From Felis catus (lineage: Eukaryota), in assembly GCF_018350175.1 (NCBI RefSeq), contig NC_058368.1:127226001-127290000 (forward strand): a DNA stretch of 64,000 bases, given 5' to 3'. The position numbers were made by a program, and so were the translations under genes. The notes under the pieces are model-generated. The model did not search any database. It was not told where the DNA came from and worked only from the letters and a program-made list of their open reading frames with translations. Positions 51,401 to 64,000 of this stretch are shown here, piece by piece. Within the stretch, counting starts at the first letter, position 1, and the number at the start of each line of letters is the position of its first letter.

Positions 51401-53796
51401 TATGACTAATTTTGTGTAAATGGAGAAATGCAAATGATAAAAGGGGGCTTTGGGACTAGACATTTGTATTAATGAGACTGAATACTTTGTGAGAGAGAAG
51501 TCAAAGAAATGATAGGTAGCATCTTGGCAGATCATTCAGATATTAAATTGAATATGAATATTTTTTCATATGAAAAACCAATTTACTTGAACCGAAGCAG
51601 TGTAACTTGTGGGGAACATCAAACAGTGAATACAAATGAGGAATGACAATGTGGTTTGCCAACAACAAATGTACGTAACAGATAATTCACTGATAAATCA
51701 TCAAGTTAAAAGCTCACCAGAAAATCAAGAAGGTCAAACTGGTGATGAACAGGGTCACAGCATGAGGGTCTTTGAGCTCACTTTCCCTTTATAGACTCCC
51801 TGACCAAACGAGAGCCTTCCCTCAGTTTGAAGAAGGGCACTCAGAGAACGTTCATAGAAGAAGATACTGGGACTGAGAAAGAATGTTCAAATAAATTGGT
51901 ATCATTTTGCCTAGAGATGAGAAGGTACAGATGATTTAATGCATGGTTCAGATACCTTTTGCAAAGAATAATGATGCCTTCTGAATTCTACCCTCTCTTA
52001 CGAGATAAGGTGTGATTTTAAAGAAAAGCCAAGGAATGGAATACAGCAATATAGAAAGGTACCTGGCAGGAAAGGCCTATTAAGCACCAGAAGTTTGTTG
52101 GAAAGGCTTTCAAAATATCCTTAAGGTCCCTTTCAGCCACACCCTAATGCCACAGAGATTCACAGAGGAGCAAGCCCAAGTTGGAACAGTCTATATACCT
52201 GAGTTAGGTGTGGGTAAAAGAAATCATTAACCTTCACCGTCTACGACATGTGCCAACTTAAGCAACAACTTTTTAAATCTCTTCCCCTATTTTACAGCAT
52301 TAAAAATCATGTACTCATTATTTATTTTTACCTTAGAAAAGTCTGCAGAGTGGGAAACTTTGAGAGACACAAAAGGAAAATCAAATGGCCACTGCCTTCA
52401 CAAAGCATACAATATGTTTTGAGAAGAAAAAGACTCCAACACATGAATAAATTTGCTGTCATTGAGAGAGAGTACATTGTGTGTGGCTCAGACATGAAAT
52501 GTTGTAAAAGCTCAGGGAGAACAAAATCAATATCCACCCTGAAGTAAACTCATTCAGTTTACACAGAGATGCATGCTCTATATCTTTCCAGACAGACAAC
52601 AGAATCCCAGAAGATAATTGATTGCATAGTTCTAAAATATGCATAAGACAATCTGATCATTTCTCCCATGAATTTACATAAAGAAGGAGATAAAGACAGC
52701 AAATATTATGCTCAAAAGCTTACATAATGTTACCTTCAAAGATGGCATATGTTTGCACTTTATTTTTTATTTCCATAAATGAAATGTTCGAATTCCTGAA
52801 CTGATACTCTATTTAAGAAACACCATGTACTCAGTTGTTCTCCTTTCCGATATGAGAAAATCAATGATATAATTACATGGAGAAAGAAAAAGGCTAGGTC
52901 ATCTGAATGAACAAGGTCACTGCTATTATGAATGACAGTACAGTTTCTAGAATTTATTTAACATGTGATTATTTTGCTATCATGGATAATGTCAATACCC
53001 AAGGGAACAGATGGTATAAGCATATTCTAAATTATTCAATGAAGTGTAGTTTTTAAACCAGAAATGTGTGGTAGCATAGTGGGTTTATTTAGCACTTAAT
53101 CCTTGCTTATGCTTTTGCCCTCTTATATTCTAAGAGATAACCCTAGTCAACTGAGAAGTATCTCCTTTTTATTCTTGACCTTTTGGATACCAAGGTAACC
53201 AAAAGTAGGTAATCAGGAGGTGGGACCTGGGAATCACAAAATTTAGTCGGAGATTGGAAAAAAAAGAGAGAGGGAAACAAGAGAAAATGTACAATTTTTT
53301 TTTTTTTTGGTTGGGACAGTGGGGGAACCATGAAAGACAATCTTTTTTTAGCAAGTCACTAAGAAGTAAAGTAGTTGAGATCAAGCAGGAAAGTACTTAA
53401 TCCCATTCTTTTGTACCTTTCTTTACGGACACCCTTTTCACATGAAACATACCCTCATTTTAGTAACTGACCTGAACGTTTCAAGGCTCACAATGGCCAA
53501 CGTACTTTGTCTTTTTGTTTTGGGCTATTTATCCTTAGAGCTTGGTGAGAAAAATAGGAGAAACCTTCTGTGCATTTTCTAAAGATATCAGCAGTAAATC
53601 CAGAACTTGGCTATAGACCTTTGGCCTTGCGCATAGCTGTAGACAAACTGGAGTCTAATAATTATACTTCTACATAAGGGAAACACAGGAAATCACTCCA
53701 GCACCAAAGAGGTGTAGGCTGGGGTGGGTGAACTGGCTGTCTTTGAGCCATATGTGGCTAGCAGACCTGAGTTTGACTGACACACTGTTATTTTTT

Positions 53797-54020
53797 CCTT
53801 TTTTTCCTTTTTCAAAAAAAAAATTTTAAGTTTATTTATTTTTGACAGAGACAGAGCGCGAGCATGAGCTGGGGAGGGGCAGAGAGAGAGGAAGACACAG
53901 AATCCGAAGCAGGCTCCAGGCTCCAAGCTGTCAGCACAGAACCTGACAAACTCACGAACTGTGAGATCATGACCTGGGCTGAAGTTGGACGCCTAACTGA
54001 CTGAGCCACCGAGGCACCCC
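53797..54020 (-). mobile_element. Can-SINE with small internal deletion
   Basis: TSD tgttatttttt; the gtggggctcg segment is absent. Confidence 0.95.
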
Positions 54021-56875
54021 ATGTTATTTTTTTTCTTTTCATCCAACATTTAAAGCACTGAGGGAATGTCATAGTCACATACAAGGTTAGATTTGGCTTC
54101 TTTTGAAAATTGTAAGGTCTAACATGTGGGACCTTCCCCCCATTCCTATATGATGGATGGAAACCAGAGCGGAATATTCACTATCTTCATTACAAGGGCA
54201 GGAATTCTTCAAGTTGACACAATCCCCACCCCAGTCACATAACGCTGATGCGTTTTCTCCTGGTTTCTTTAAGCATTTAACTTGAAGTGAAACTCTGAGG
54301 TGGAAAAGAAGTATATCTGCTCTCACCTGGTCAAATTCTAATCAAAACATAAGCACTCAGTTAAAATAAGGCCTGGTCTTCCCACCACATCTTACCAGTC
54401 CCAGAAACCATACTCCACTCTCAACAAAGAGCTCTTTACACAGTCTACAAAGCTTTACCACAGCACTGGCATTACCTCATTTGGATGTATCAGCGATTCT
54501 CCATGATATTAAAAAAAATGTTTTAATTTACCAATACAGATTTGTATTTAAACCGAGATCAATAAATATAATCAATTGTTGTGAAGGAAGGAATCATTCA
54601 TTTTTCATGTACTGAAGAAACATATATTGAGTTTATGCCAGGAAATACTTTTCCAGTGGGGCTGACATGTATTGTTGGGTCTGGTTTATGGTGACATGTC
54701 CAAAGTTTCTAATAATTCTGTTCTCAACATTTACATGCCATTAAATTGCAGACTAAGCTGCCTGAATATGTAGACCCTATTGTAATTATAAAGTGAGTCA
54801 ATTATTTAATGAGAATTTAAGAAGACTGTCTACATGATATCAAAAATACCAAATGATTTAGACAAAATTGTACTTTTCAAATATGTTCAGACAGCATGTT
54901 GGCACAGCTTAAATCGAGTCTTAATCAAATGCTTCAGATTCATTAGCACAAAATTTCAGAGTTTGGGAATTACATTATTTTATATTGCTTATATACATAT
55001 GTATACATGTACTTTTTTACATATATTTGTGCAAAGAGGACACATAACACTTTACAAAAATGCATCGCTTTCTGCCTTACAGTGTAATTTATTTTTAATG
55101 GCTAGAAATGCTAAAGAACAGAAAGTATGATACATAGCATGCTATGGATAGTTGAAAGCAGTCCCTGACTATCCCACATGGTAATACATAGTCGAGGGTT
55201 AAAGAGTAAAAAGGAAGCTCCATTGGTCTACAGATACAACATGGAATAAGGAAATAACTTATCTGATATTATTTGCCTGTTAGGAATTTCTCATGCAACA
55301 GAGGCATTTGGCATTTGCTTAAGAGCATAATATGGATTTTTTAAAAATTGAAAACAGCTATAAAAGAATAATTTAATTTGCTAAGTGGGCTGTGTGTATG
55401 CATATATATGTATGCATATATATATGATTCTGTACATTTCTAAAAGTATATAAATATTATATATAACCTATCATTTTATTAATATTAATTTCTAGCAATT
55501 ACTAAGAAAACTCTCTATAAAATAATGAGAATGATTTTTCTATGGATAAATAGAGCTTGCTTGCTCAATGAATGCTATCAGGGCTGATGACATTTCTGGC
55601 ATAGCCCCTTCAGGAATTATCATCACAGGCCATTTCCAACGTGCATAAGAAAACAGCTTCTTGATTTTATAGTCACTTCCCATTTGACCAAGACAACATT
55701 AGCCAAATGGATCATCCACTTTAATCATCAGACTTCATGCCAAAGAATTTTTGGCAGCTTCATAGAATCAGATCCACCTTTAGCAGATGGAGATGTGTCA
55801 GCAGTGAATTAAAAAAAAAATGTGTAGTACAGGCTCTGAAGGTAAGTTCAAAAGGAGAATCCCCCAAACATGTGAACAATGGAAACATCCCTAGAAGTGG
55901 ATAGCTTCCCATAGGCATCATTTAGGAAGGCTCAAACTTCACTGATCAATGAAGAAAATCTTGTGTGTTGTAGTCAATCTCTTTCCCTTTTTTCTCTTCA
56001 CATCTGTTTTGAAAGTAGTAAAACAAGATCTAATTGCCAGATTCAACATGAGATGTTAATGCTATATTTAGACTTTTTGATATGGCAGATTTTCATTAAT
56101 GAGTAAGTAATAAAATGTCACATCAGAAATCATGAAAAATAGTTACCGATTTATACATTCCTTTAGTGACTTTATGTCATCTGTGCAGGTGATTCAAGAT
56201 TAGTTTTCTGGGGGGAATCTAATAAGGGTCAGACTTGTCAGACTGGGTACTGCACTGGCAGTTTATTGTCTCAGTTCCTTAGTGCTCTGGGATGGGTCAG
56301 ACTTCACAATAACCAAGCTTAACGTTATATGGACTCATGTTCAGGATGCAAAATTCAAGAAAAATTTTACCTTCCCTCAACAATAGTCCAACTACATCTA
56401 TCAACTTTTCTTTCCTTGAATTTGCCTCCTCATACTTTTCTATGGAGCAAACACCAAGCCATTCTTTAAGATTCCACTGCGATTTCTACTTCTTTTGCAA
56501 GATTGCTTGTTGGAATGGAGCAAGATGCAAAGGTGGAGAAGGCAATGCAAACAGTCCCTCATTTATCTATTAATTCATGAACTGCCAATAGCTACTTATT
56601 AGGGTTTTTGTTATGTGCCAACCACATGCTAGGGACTCACGGATGACTACCACCTTGCTCCTCCTCTCAAGGTCCCACCATCAAGTAACGGAGAGAGGTG
56701 AGTAAGCCAAACAGAACAGTGCTCCTGGGTAATGTGTGAGTTTGTAAGCATAGCTAAGGAGAAAAACAGAAGTAACTTATCACAATGAGAAAGTGTCATT
56801 AGGAACAGAATGAGGGGTACTACACAGAATATATGTTAATTTTTTTAAGTCATTTTTGAAATTAACTTGGAGGAT

Positions 56876-57244
56876 TGCGATGGATTATATTATTTACAAA
56901 ACATTTAAAGGATTTCTAAAGCCACTCCTATCCAAGAGTCATATTTCCTGCCTCATGGTTTTTGAGCGTAGCCATGCAACTTACTTCGGCCAATGGCATG
57001 AGAGTGGAAGAGATCTGTGGCATTTCTGAGCAGCAGCTCTAAAAGCCATTGTGTGGCCCTGCCATCTCCCCTTTCTTGTGCCTTCTCAGGATGGGCTGTT
57101 CCTTAATGAAAACGGTAAGGAAGAGAGCACCATGAACCAGCTAAGGATGTGCAACAAGAACAAGAAACAAAACTGTGGTTGTAGTCAGTGAAACATCAAG
57201 GTAGTTTGTTACCTCAGCGTAACTAATCTAAACCAACTGAAACA
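56876..57244 (+). mobile_element. MLT1J-like old MaLR LTR
   Basis: agccatgcaacttacttcggccaatggcatgagagtggaag...gtagtttgttacctcagc. Confidence 0.65.
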
Positions 57245-57285
57245 AAGAAAAAGTTCATAACTGTCTGGACAGGTTGTGGGAGACC

Positions 57286-57502
57286 TTTTTTTTAATTTTT
57301 TAATGTTTATTTTATTTTTGAGAGAGAGAGGCAGAGCATGAGCAGGGGAGGGGCAGAGAGAGAGGGACACACAGAATCTGAAGCAGACTGCAGGCTCCCA
57401 GCCACCAGTACAGAGTCCAACGCGGGGCTCAAACTCAGGAACTGGAGATCATGACCCAAGCCAAAGTCAGACGCCCAACCAACTGAGGCACCCAGTTGCC
57501 CC
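57286..57502 (-). mobile_element. Can-SINE
   Basis: Full body; degenerate TSD tgtggg(g)aga(c/t)ctttt. Confidence 0.95.
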
Positions 57503-57959
57503 TGTGGGGAGATCTTTTTAATTTTCTTTACACAAAGAAGGCTGACAAAGGGAGCTTGAGTTGGTAAAGATTACAGCATTTTGTAAAATAAAAGGATACC
57601 CTCTCTAATTTCTCATGTTTTTTGGTGATGAGCTCTGAGAAGATCCTCTGGCTGCCGTATGAGGCAAAAGTTCCATGCTTCAGCACTACCTCAGCCACAT
57701 TGAACAGAAGGTTTTTCCTATTTCCCTTCTCTCAATTCCCTTCTCTGGGCTCTGGGCTCTGTTCTGCCAAGTGCCTGAGGCATTCCTCTCTTCAGGCTTT
57801 CAGAGTGCTGGTTGAGTTGGGAATGAAGTTCCTTGAATTTTCAACACACCAGAGGATCATTCCCATAATCATCTCAACAATAATCCACGTAAATTTATAA
57901 CCAAAGTAATTGCGGCCACAATTCAAAGAACAATCTTTACAGTGGTAATTCTCAAAGCT

Positions 57960-57989
57960 GTTTTGTTTTGTTTTGTTTTGTTTTGTTTT
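57960..57989. repeat. (GTTTT)n
   Basis: Read directly from the sequence. Confidence 0.9.
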
Positions 57990-59483
57990 CTGTGCCAACA
58001 CAGAGAGCAACGGCAGGGATGTTGCGGTTTGGGAACAAAAATTTAAAATTAGAAAATAAAAAAGCTCTTCCCCAGGTGTTACAACCCTCCACCTTCTGAC
58101 CACATGTTGTCTGATGACTCTAATTCCAGGTTGGGAGGTGGAGAGGACCTGCTTCACAGGACATCTGAAAGATGACTCATCACAAACAATGCTTGTGATG
58201 CACCAAAAGATACAAATACTACAATTAGCAGACATGTGCTCAGATGTGAACGGCTTTACTGCCCCTTACCCAAGGGTATTCCACTTTGCCTATGACCTCC
58301 CTGCTCTGCCTGAGGTAGCCCTGCTTTTACCTGTTTTGGGGTTTGCTTCTGTTTTCCTGTGACATTACTAATAGTCCCCCTTGTACTCCTGGGTAGTGAA
58401 CTGTTTGGCCACTCCAAATCTAGGCTCATTACCAAGCAATGTTTAGGCAAAGGAAAGCTTATGTCAGGGATTTTCCACAGTGCTCTCTGAGACCAGGCTT
58501 ACGTGGTTTTCTTCCCAGGTCTACCCCTTGAAAAGTGCTTTGAAAACTTTTAAAATATCCCACCCAATTAAATCATGAACTAAGTGTTGAAAATAACCTT
58601 GGAGCCTTTATATTAATTATTCATATTGAACTCCATTTTCATACCTGTCACTAATTCCTGGCAAGTACAGAGGCATATATCAAATAATTGGAGTTTGGGG
58701 TTCAAAAGGACAACTTTGTTTTCAGTGCTTTAAGAATGTCTGTTATTAACTTGGTTCCATTTTGTTGGTTTTCTTAGTCTAACATCTCATGTTGGAGCCT
58801 GGTGGGAAACATAAGGAAGTGACAGCTGCAGGAAAAGGCCACTTGTCATGGTCCATTCCCTTTCCCAAACTTCATTAGGAAACAGTAAGGTAACTCCACA
58901 GAATGACTTGAGTTCCTTGAATCACTTCAACTTAAATGGCACTGTTTGCAGAACCTTTTCAAAAGCAAAGATTTAGACTAATATCTGATAGTTCAGTTAC
59001 CCAAGAGCTCCCATATGTTTACCAAATGGGAGCTGACTGATGGAATTCAGTTTCTGTGTTGTGTTTGCCATTTGGAAGCTATTTTTCTAGCATTCTGGTT
59101 ATATGTACCATACTGACATCCAGAGAAATGCATTTTCTGGTTTATTTTCAAATAAAATGCAAAGCGAAAGCTCTATTCTGACTATGCAAGTGACCTCCCA
59201 GTACCAAATCATCAGCATTTTTAAGCAAATAATTTGGAAGAGATGGTATGTTATGCACGTTACACTTGGTGTGAAGGCAATTCGTGTGTTTCCTAAAAAG
59301 GTTGTTGTGGTGCTAGAGTCTTTCTCTGCCCCATAAACTGTATGTAAAATTGAGGGATGTGTTATTTAAGATTTTTTTCCTTAAAAAAAGGTCTTAATTC
59401 ACATCAAGAAGTTAATACGTCAATTTACCATCTTATCAGTCAGTATTGGCGGGTAACAAAAGGAACATGGCAGGTCAGCATTT

Positions 59484-59649
59484 CATTTATTTTTAACGTT
59501 TATTTATTTTGAGAGAGAGAAAGAACAAGCAGGGGAGAGGCAGAGAGAAAATCCCAAGCATGGAGCCTGACATGGGGCTCCTTCTCATGATCATGACCTG
59601 AGCCAAAATCAAGAGTCGGACACTTAACCAACTGAGCCACTGTTGCCCC
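59484..59649 (-). mobile_element. Can-SINE, short / internally deleted
   Basis: About 165 bp; TSD core gtcagcattt. Confidence 0.9.
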
Positions 59650-59799
59650 AGTAAGTCAGCATTTTAGCACAGAGTGATCATTTCTGGCTAGCTGTCAAAA
59701 GGGTGAAAATGTACTCAGGGAGGTTTAGCAGTAAAATGCAAAAAGGCAAGGCTGCTAATAATTCTGAAATAACTATAATCCAAGCAGCTTACATTCATT

Positions 59800-61400
59800 T
59801 TAAAATTCTAACAACTATGAATCATCTCGCTCTCCCATTTTCCCTAAAGACTATAGAAAATATCCTTTCTTCTTTTGCTCAAATACTTGCTCCCCACTTT
59901 CCACACACAGCAGATGATATTTCTCTTCAACAAGGAGAGTAACCTTCAGAAAGGAAAGTTCTCCGTGTCCAGCCATCAAACTGGCAAATTTGTCTGCACC
60001 CATATTCATGATTTCTATTTTATCCTCCTGTTACCAGTCAGGCAAAACCTGCCACCTGGGTTTTGGGTCTCAGTCACTCGCATGTCCTTAGGAGCCCGGC
60101 TTCATCAATTACCTCCACTACTGTCTTCCTCTTTACCAAATCCCTTCCAACAGGATTCAAATGCAATCAAGTATTTCCCATCTTAGATAAGCCATGCCTC
60201 AATCCCTACTTCTTTTTGCAGCTACCTTCATACCTCCTTCTCATTCTGAGCCAAATCTTGAAATAATTTCCTTTATATCCACTGTTGTGACTCTCCCTTC
60301 ACACTTACACCTCAGCTCACCATAATCTGGTTTCTGCTGCCACCACTAAGACCTCTCACAGGCCACCAACTGACATTTTACTCATCAATGGATGTTTCCA
60401 GAACTGCTGACCACTGCCTCCTTTCTGAGACACTTATTTCTCTTGGCTCCCACCACAGACACCTAATTTTCTTCACTTAACTCTCTGCTCATGTTTCAGT
60501 TTATTTTTCAGCCTCTTCCTTACCTTCCCATTCTAGTGTTGGTGTTTTCCAGGGCTCAGACAGGGCCCTCTTGTTCTCCTCATCTTGCATACTGTTTGGT
60601 TGATCTCATTGACTCAAATAACTCCCATGACCATCTGTGGATGGACAACTCCCAATCAATTTCTCTAGTTCAGATCTGTCTCCCGAGCTTTAGACACACA
60701 CACCATACCTGACATCTCCATATGGCTATCTCTCACACATATTTCTAGCTCAACTTTGTAACTCTTCCTCCTCCAATAGGTATTCCCTTTTGCTGTGAAT
60801 ACCACCCCATTTATTTACCAAAATATTATTTATCAAAATAGTTGCCCTATTTTGAACTCTGGAAACAATTGTAACTCCATCCTAAACCTTATCTGCTGAA
60901 GCCGATTAATTACCAAGACATGCTGACTCTACCTTTATCTCTTTCCCTCAAATTGGTTCACCATTCTCTGTTGTCATGCCATCATTCTATTCCACTCCAC
61001 CATCACCATCTGCAACTGTCCTAAATGGTCCTTTGCCTCCTTTCCAAAGAATTCTCTACACTGTGGCCACTTTAGAAAACAATAATGCCCATATCACTCT
61101 ACTTTCTACTCTCATGCTTTCCAGTTGACTTGAATTCAAAACCCTTACAACTTGAAAGCCTTACAAGATTCTCACCCTTCCTCCCTTTCTCTTATAACCC
61201 GCACTCCAGTTATCCACATGCTTTTAGTTCTCAAAACGGGCCTCATTTTCTCTCCTTTCACCACATGATGTACAATATTTTTCTCCATCTCCACTGATAG
61301 ATTCCTACTTATACTTGAGGTTTTGGCCTAAATTTTACTTTCTCGGATACACCTTTATTGACTGCTCCTAATGTAGAGTCTTTCTCTGTCACTCTTACCA
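59800..61400 (+). mobile_element. Long degraded L2 fragment
   Basis: C/T-rich L2-like text (aatctggtttctgc...ctgctgaccactgcctcctttctgagacact...cagatctgtctcccgagct). Confidence 0.6.
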
Positions 61401-62769
61401 AAGCTGTATCAAATAGCACCTGACTAAGAAAATAGAAACACTGTACCTATTTCAAAAGGGTGAATTTAATATCATTTACTACACAAGGTGATAGGAGAGT
61501 GACATGCCACAGACGGACTGTGAGGCATTCCACGGGTTGGAAAGGCTTGAAACAATAGGAAGCCACCACCACTCCTGATCTGAAGGAACAGAAGAAGAGC
61601 TGATGCTTCCAGAACCTGGGGTCACCTCACTGAGGCACAGCTACTGCTTGATATGCTGCTGCAGGCAGTGCCTCCAACAGACAGACTCCATCTAACCACC
61701 AACGGAAGAAGCCTGGAAACCACAGCCTTCAGGGGATAGCCTCCCATAACAAAGGGCAGAAAAGGGAGGAAAGCAAGAAATGGATCTGCTATCAGGCAAA
61801 AGGCCAGCACAAAAACATTCATTGTATTTAACATCATTGCTTACTAAAATTTTTCTTCCGCTACAAACTTCAAGGGCCACAAGGGCAGGAATTCAGGTGT
61901 GTCTGGTTTATCATGCTTTCCCTTTGTTCTAACAACATAAGTGATAGTCAAGCAGTGTTCCAAAAAACCAAAAAAAAAAAAAAAAACCCGAAAAAAAAAA
62001 AAAGGCTGAGTGCATTAAAATGAAGGCAGCACCAGTGTTCACATTTTCAGATGGGGAGAATAAAGCCCAGAGAGGGAAACACAGTTACTAAGAAGTGAAC
62101 CTTCAATTTGAGTCTAGTGTATCTGAGACCATACTCTTGTTACGATACTATATTGACTCTGTGACCTGCTTTATTATTATCACTGGTATTGTTATTATCA
62201 TTATTTTGCGCTCTGAATTAGTTTTCATAATACATTGATGAAAATGAACACACAGCCATTCTATGGTGGCTGTGATTCATATCACTGAGATTGCTTCTTT
62301 CATCCTTTTACTTACTTCCACTCAAAGATTCAGTGACTAGCTAATAGGTTGGGCTAAACCAAAAACTCTGGGTGGAAAGAAATTATCAGTTGTGCTTATC
62401 ACTGTCTTGCCAGAGCTTGGGACAATGTCTTAGCAATTAATAAGCATGGCAGGGACTCCATTACGTACATTTGGTGAATGACATATTACGTAAGTAGATT
62501 TTAACGCCACCTGCTGAAGACTCAGAAAGACAGCTCCTGACATTAGGAACTCATGGGAAAACTTTACTGGAAAGGGCCTATGAGTTAGTCAATGGGCACT
62601 GAAGGATATTGAACTTCAAAGGATTTATATATGAAACAGAGCAGGCCCCACCTGCCAGCCTCCTGAGCTCAAACTGCTCCATATGTTCTCTGGTTTCTGT
62701 CTGAGGTGGGTTCCCAAACCCCTCCACACCTACTAAACTGATTTCTCCATGCTAAAAATAAAAAAGAAG

Positions 62770-62770
<1 letters not shown>

Positions 62771-62834
<64 letters not shown>
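62771..62834. repeat. (GAAA)16 microsatellite
   Basis: Read directly from the sequence. Confidence 0.97.
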
Positions 62835-62836
<2 letters not shown>

Positions 62837-62844
62837 GGAAAATA

Positions 62845-63070
62845 GAGGCGCCTGGGTGGTTCAGTCGGTTGAGCATCTGACTTTGGCTTGGGTCATGATC
62901 TCACAGTTCCTGGGTTTGAGCCCTGTGTTGGGCTCTGTGCTGATGGCTTAGAGCCTAGAGCCTACTTCGGATTCTGTGTCTCCTTCTATGCACCTCTCCC
63001 GCACATGCTCTCTTTCTCTCTCTCTCTCTCTCAAAAATAAATAAAGATTACTTTAAAAATTAAAAAAATA
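62845..63070 (+). mobile_element. Can-SINE
   Basis: gaggcgcctgggtggttcagtcggttgagc...(CT)n...A tail. Confidence 0.95.
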
Positions 63071-64000
63071 CATCTGGAAAAGAATTACACAATTGATAAA
63101 TGAGTGATTTTAAACCATTATCAAGGTCTAACTATCTCAGAGAGGCACCAAGAGACAGATGGGCTGACTGTAAGCAAAGAAATTCAAATCTATTAGGTAA
63201 AAATCAGATGTAATTGTAATATTCTCTTTTGGTATTCCTATGATCCCTAAAATAACTTGGTTAGAATTTTCCACTTTGTTATTATTTTTCATTGTACTGA
63301 TAATCTTATAGGTTTAAAGATAAACAATTAAAATAATTTCATAAAAATTAAAAATAGATTTGTAAGATCATAAGAATCAACTATAATGCCTTGTAACTGA
63401 ACCTAATTTGCCATTTCCTGACTGGGAAAATAAGAACGAAAGTGCTGCATGAAACTGAGGACTAGGGATTATCTTTAAAAGAAAAAGATAAATACGGGTC
63501 AGTTAAATAAGCCAGGGAAAGAAAAAACAGTCATATTGGTACCTTGTTAATCTATAACTATTTTTAGACATAGTAAATCCTTAATCTCTCCCCTGCCAAA
63601 ATAAAATGTCATGCATAAAAAGAACGCAGAAAGTTTAACTGACATAGTTCTGTCTGTTTGAATATGCTAGATCTGCAGTGAAATCTGATTTATTTTCACT
63701 TCCATGAAACTTGTGATTGAGATCAGTTTCCTTCACCAACCTTATAGTTTATTGGTAATGAAGAAAGATATAATTTACATGACATTCAGAAAGTAGTAAA
63801 TTAGAAAAACTAACCACTTGAGAATAAAAACTGTTCTCAGTGACCTTCTTAGCTGGACCTTCTTTAGTTTTGCTGTTATCAAAGCAGAAAGACTGCTTAC
63901 TTCATCCCTAAGTAATTGGAAGGGAAAATTGTGTTAAAGTTTAAACAATGGTATTTCAAAAGACCAGGTTAATTTTTAAAAGTTTTGGGGTATGTGGTAT

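Noticed and set aside
57792..58235. Longest ORF in the track (147 aa)
   Set aside because: Runs through a (GTTTT)n microsatellite; no recognisable domain or exon structure.
1..64000. Canonical PDE4D3 / PDE4D8 / PDE4D9 first exons and the common UCR1/catalytic exons; tRNA genes
   Set aside because: Looked for by eye and not found, so the gene call rests on the 40142 exon and splice architecture. tRNA-like A/B boxes occur only in SINE heads.

Overview
AT-rich mammalian DNA from a felid (cat-like) genome, shown by about 20 carnivore tRNA-derived Can-SINEs including young SINEC_Fc-type copies. Most of the window is intron-like, with older repeats (L1, L2, MIR, MLT1 LTRs, hAT transposons) and microsatellites. 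None of the six-frame ORFs looks like a real gene. Reading the minus strand by hand gives three coherent signals. (1) A 125-nt coding first exon (40142-40018; MSLPTSCEYLTLGKVARFRSPYVHGSPYAINKPIDIKPQRR-R) ends in phase 2 at CG|GT and fits the alternative first exons of long PDE4D isoforms, which splice onto the common 'FDVDNG' exon. (2) A second candidate phase-2 first exon lies at 25778-25699 (MELPDFGITEENREGTNKNNVPFPSH-R). (3) A textbook recursive-splicing site (branch point, pyrimidine tract, CAG|GTAAGT at 5967/5966) is followed by a 39-nt RS-exon whose three TAA stops all fall in the frame these phase-2 exons would enter. The window is most likely part of the multi-promoter 5' region of PDE4D on the minus strand. 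That gene call comes from recalled isoform architecture, not a database search. Boundaries and subfamily names of old repeats are approximate, by-eye estimates.
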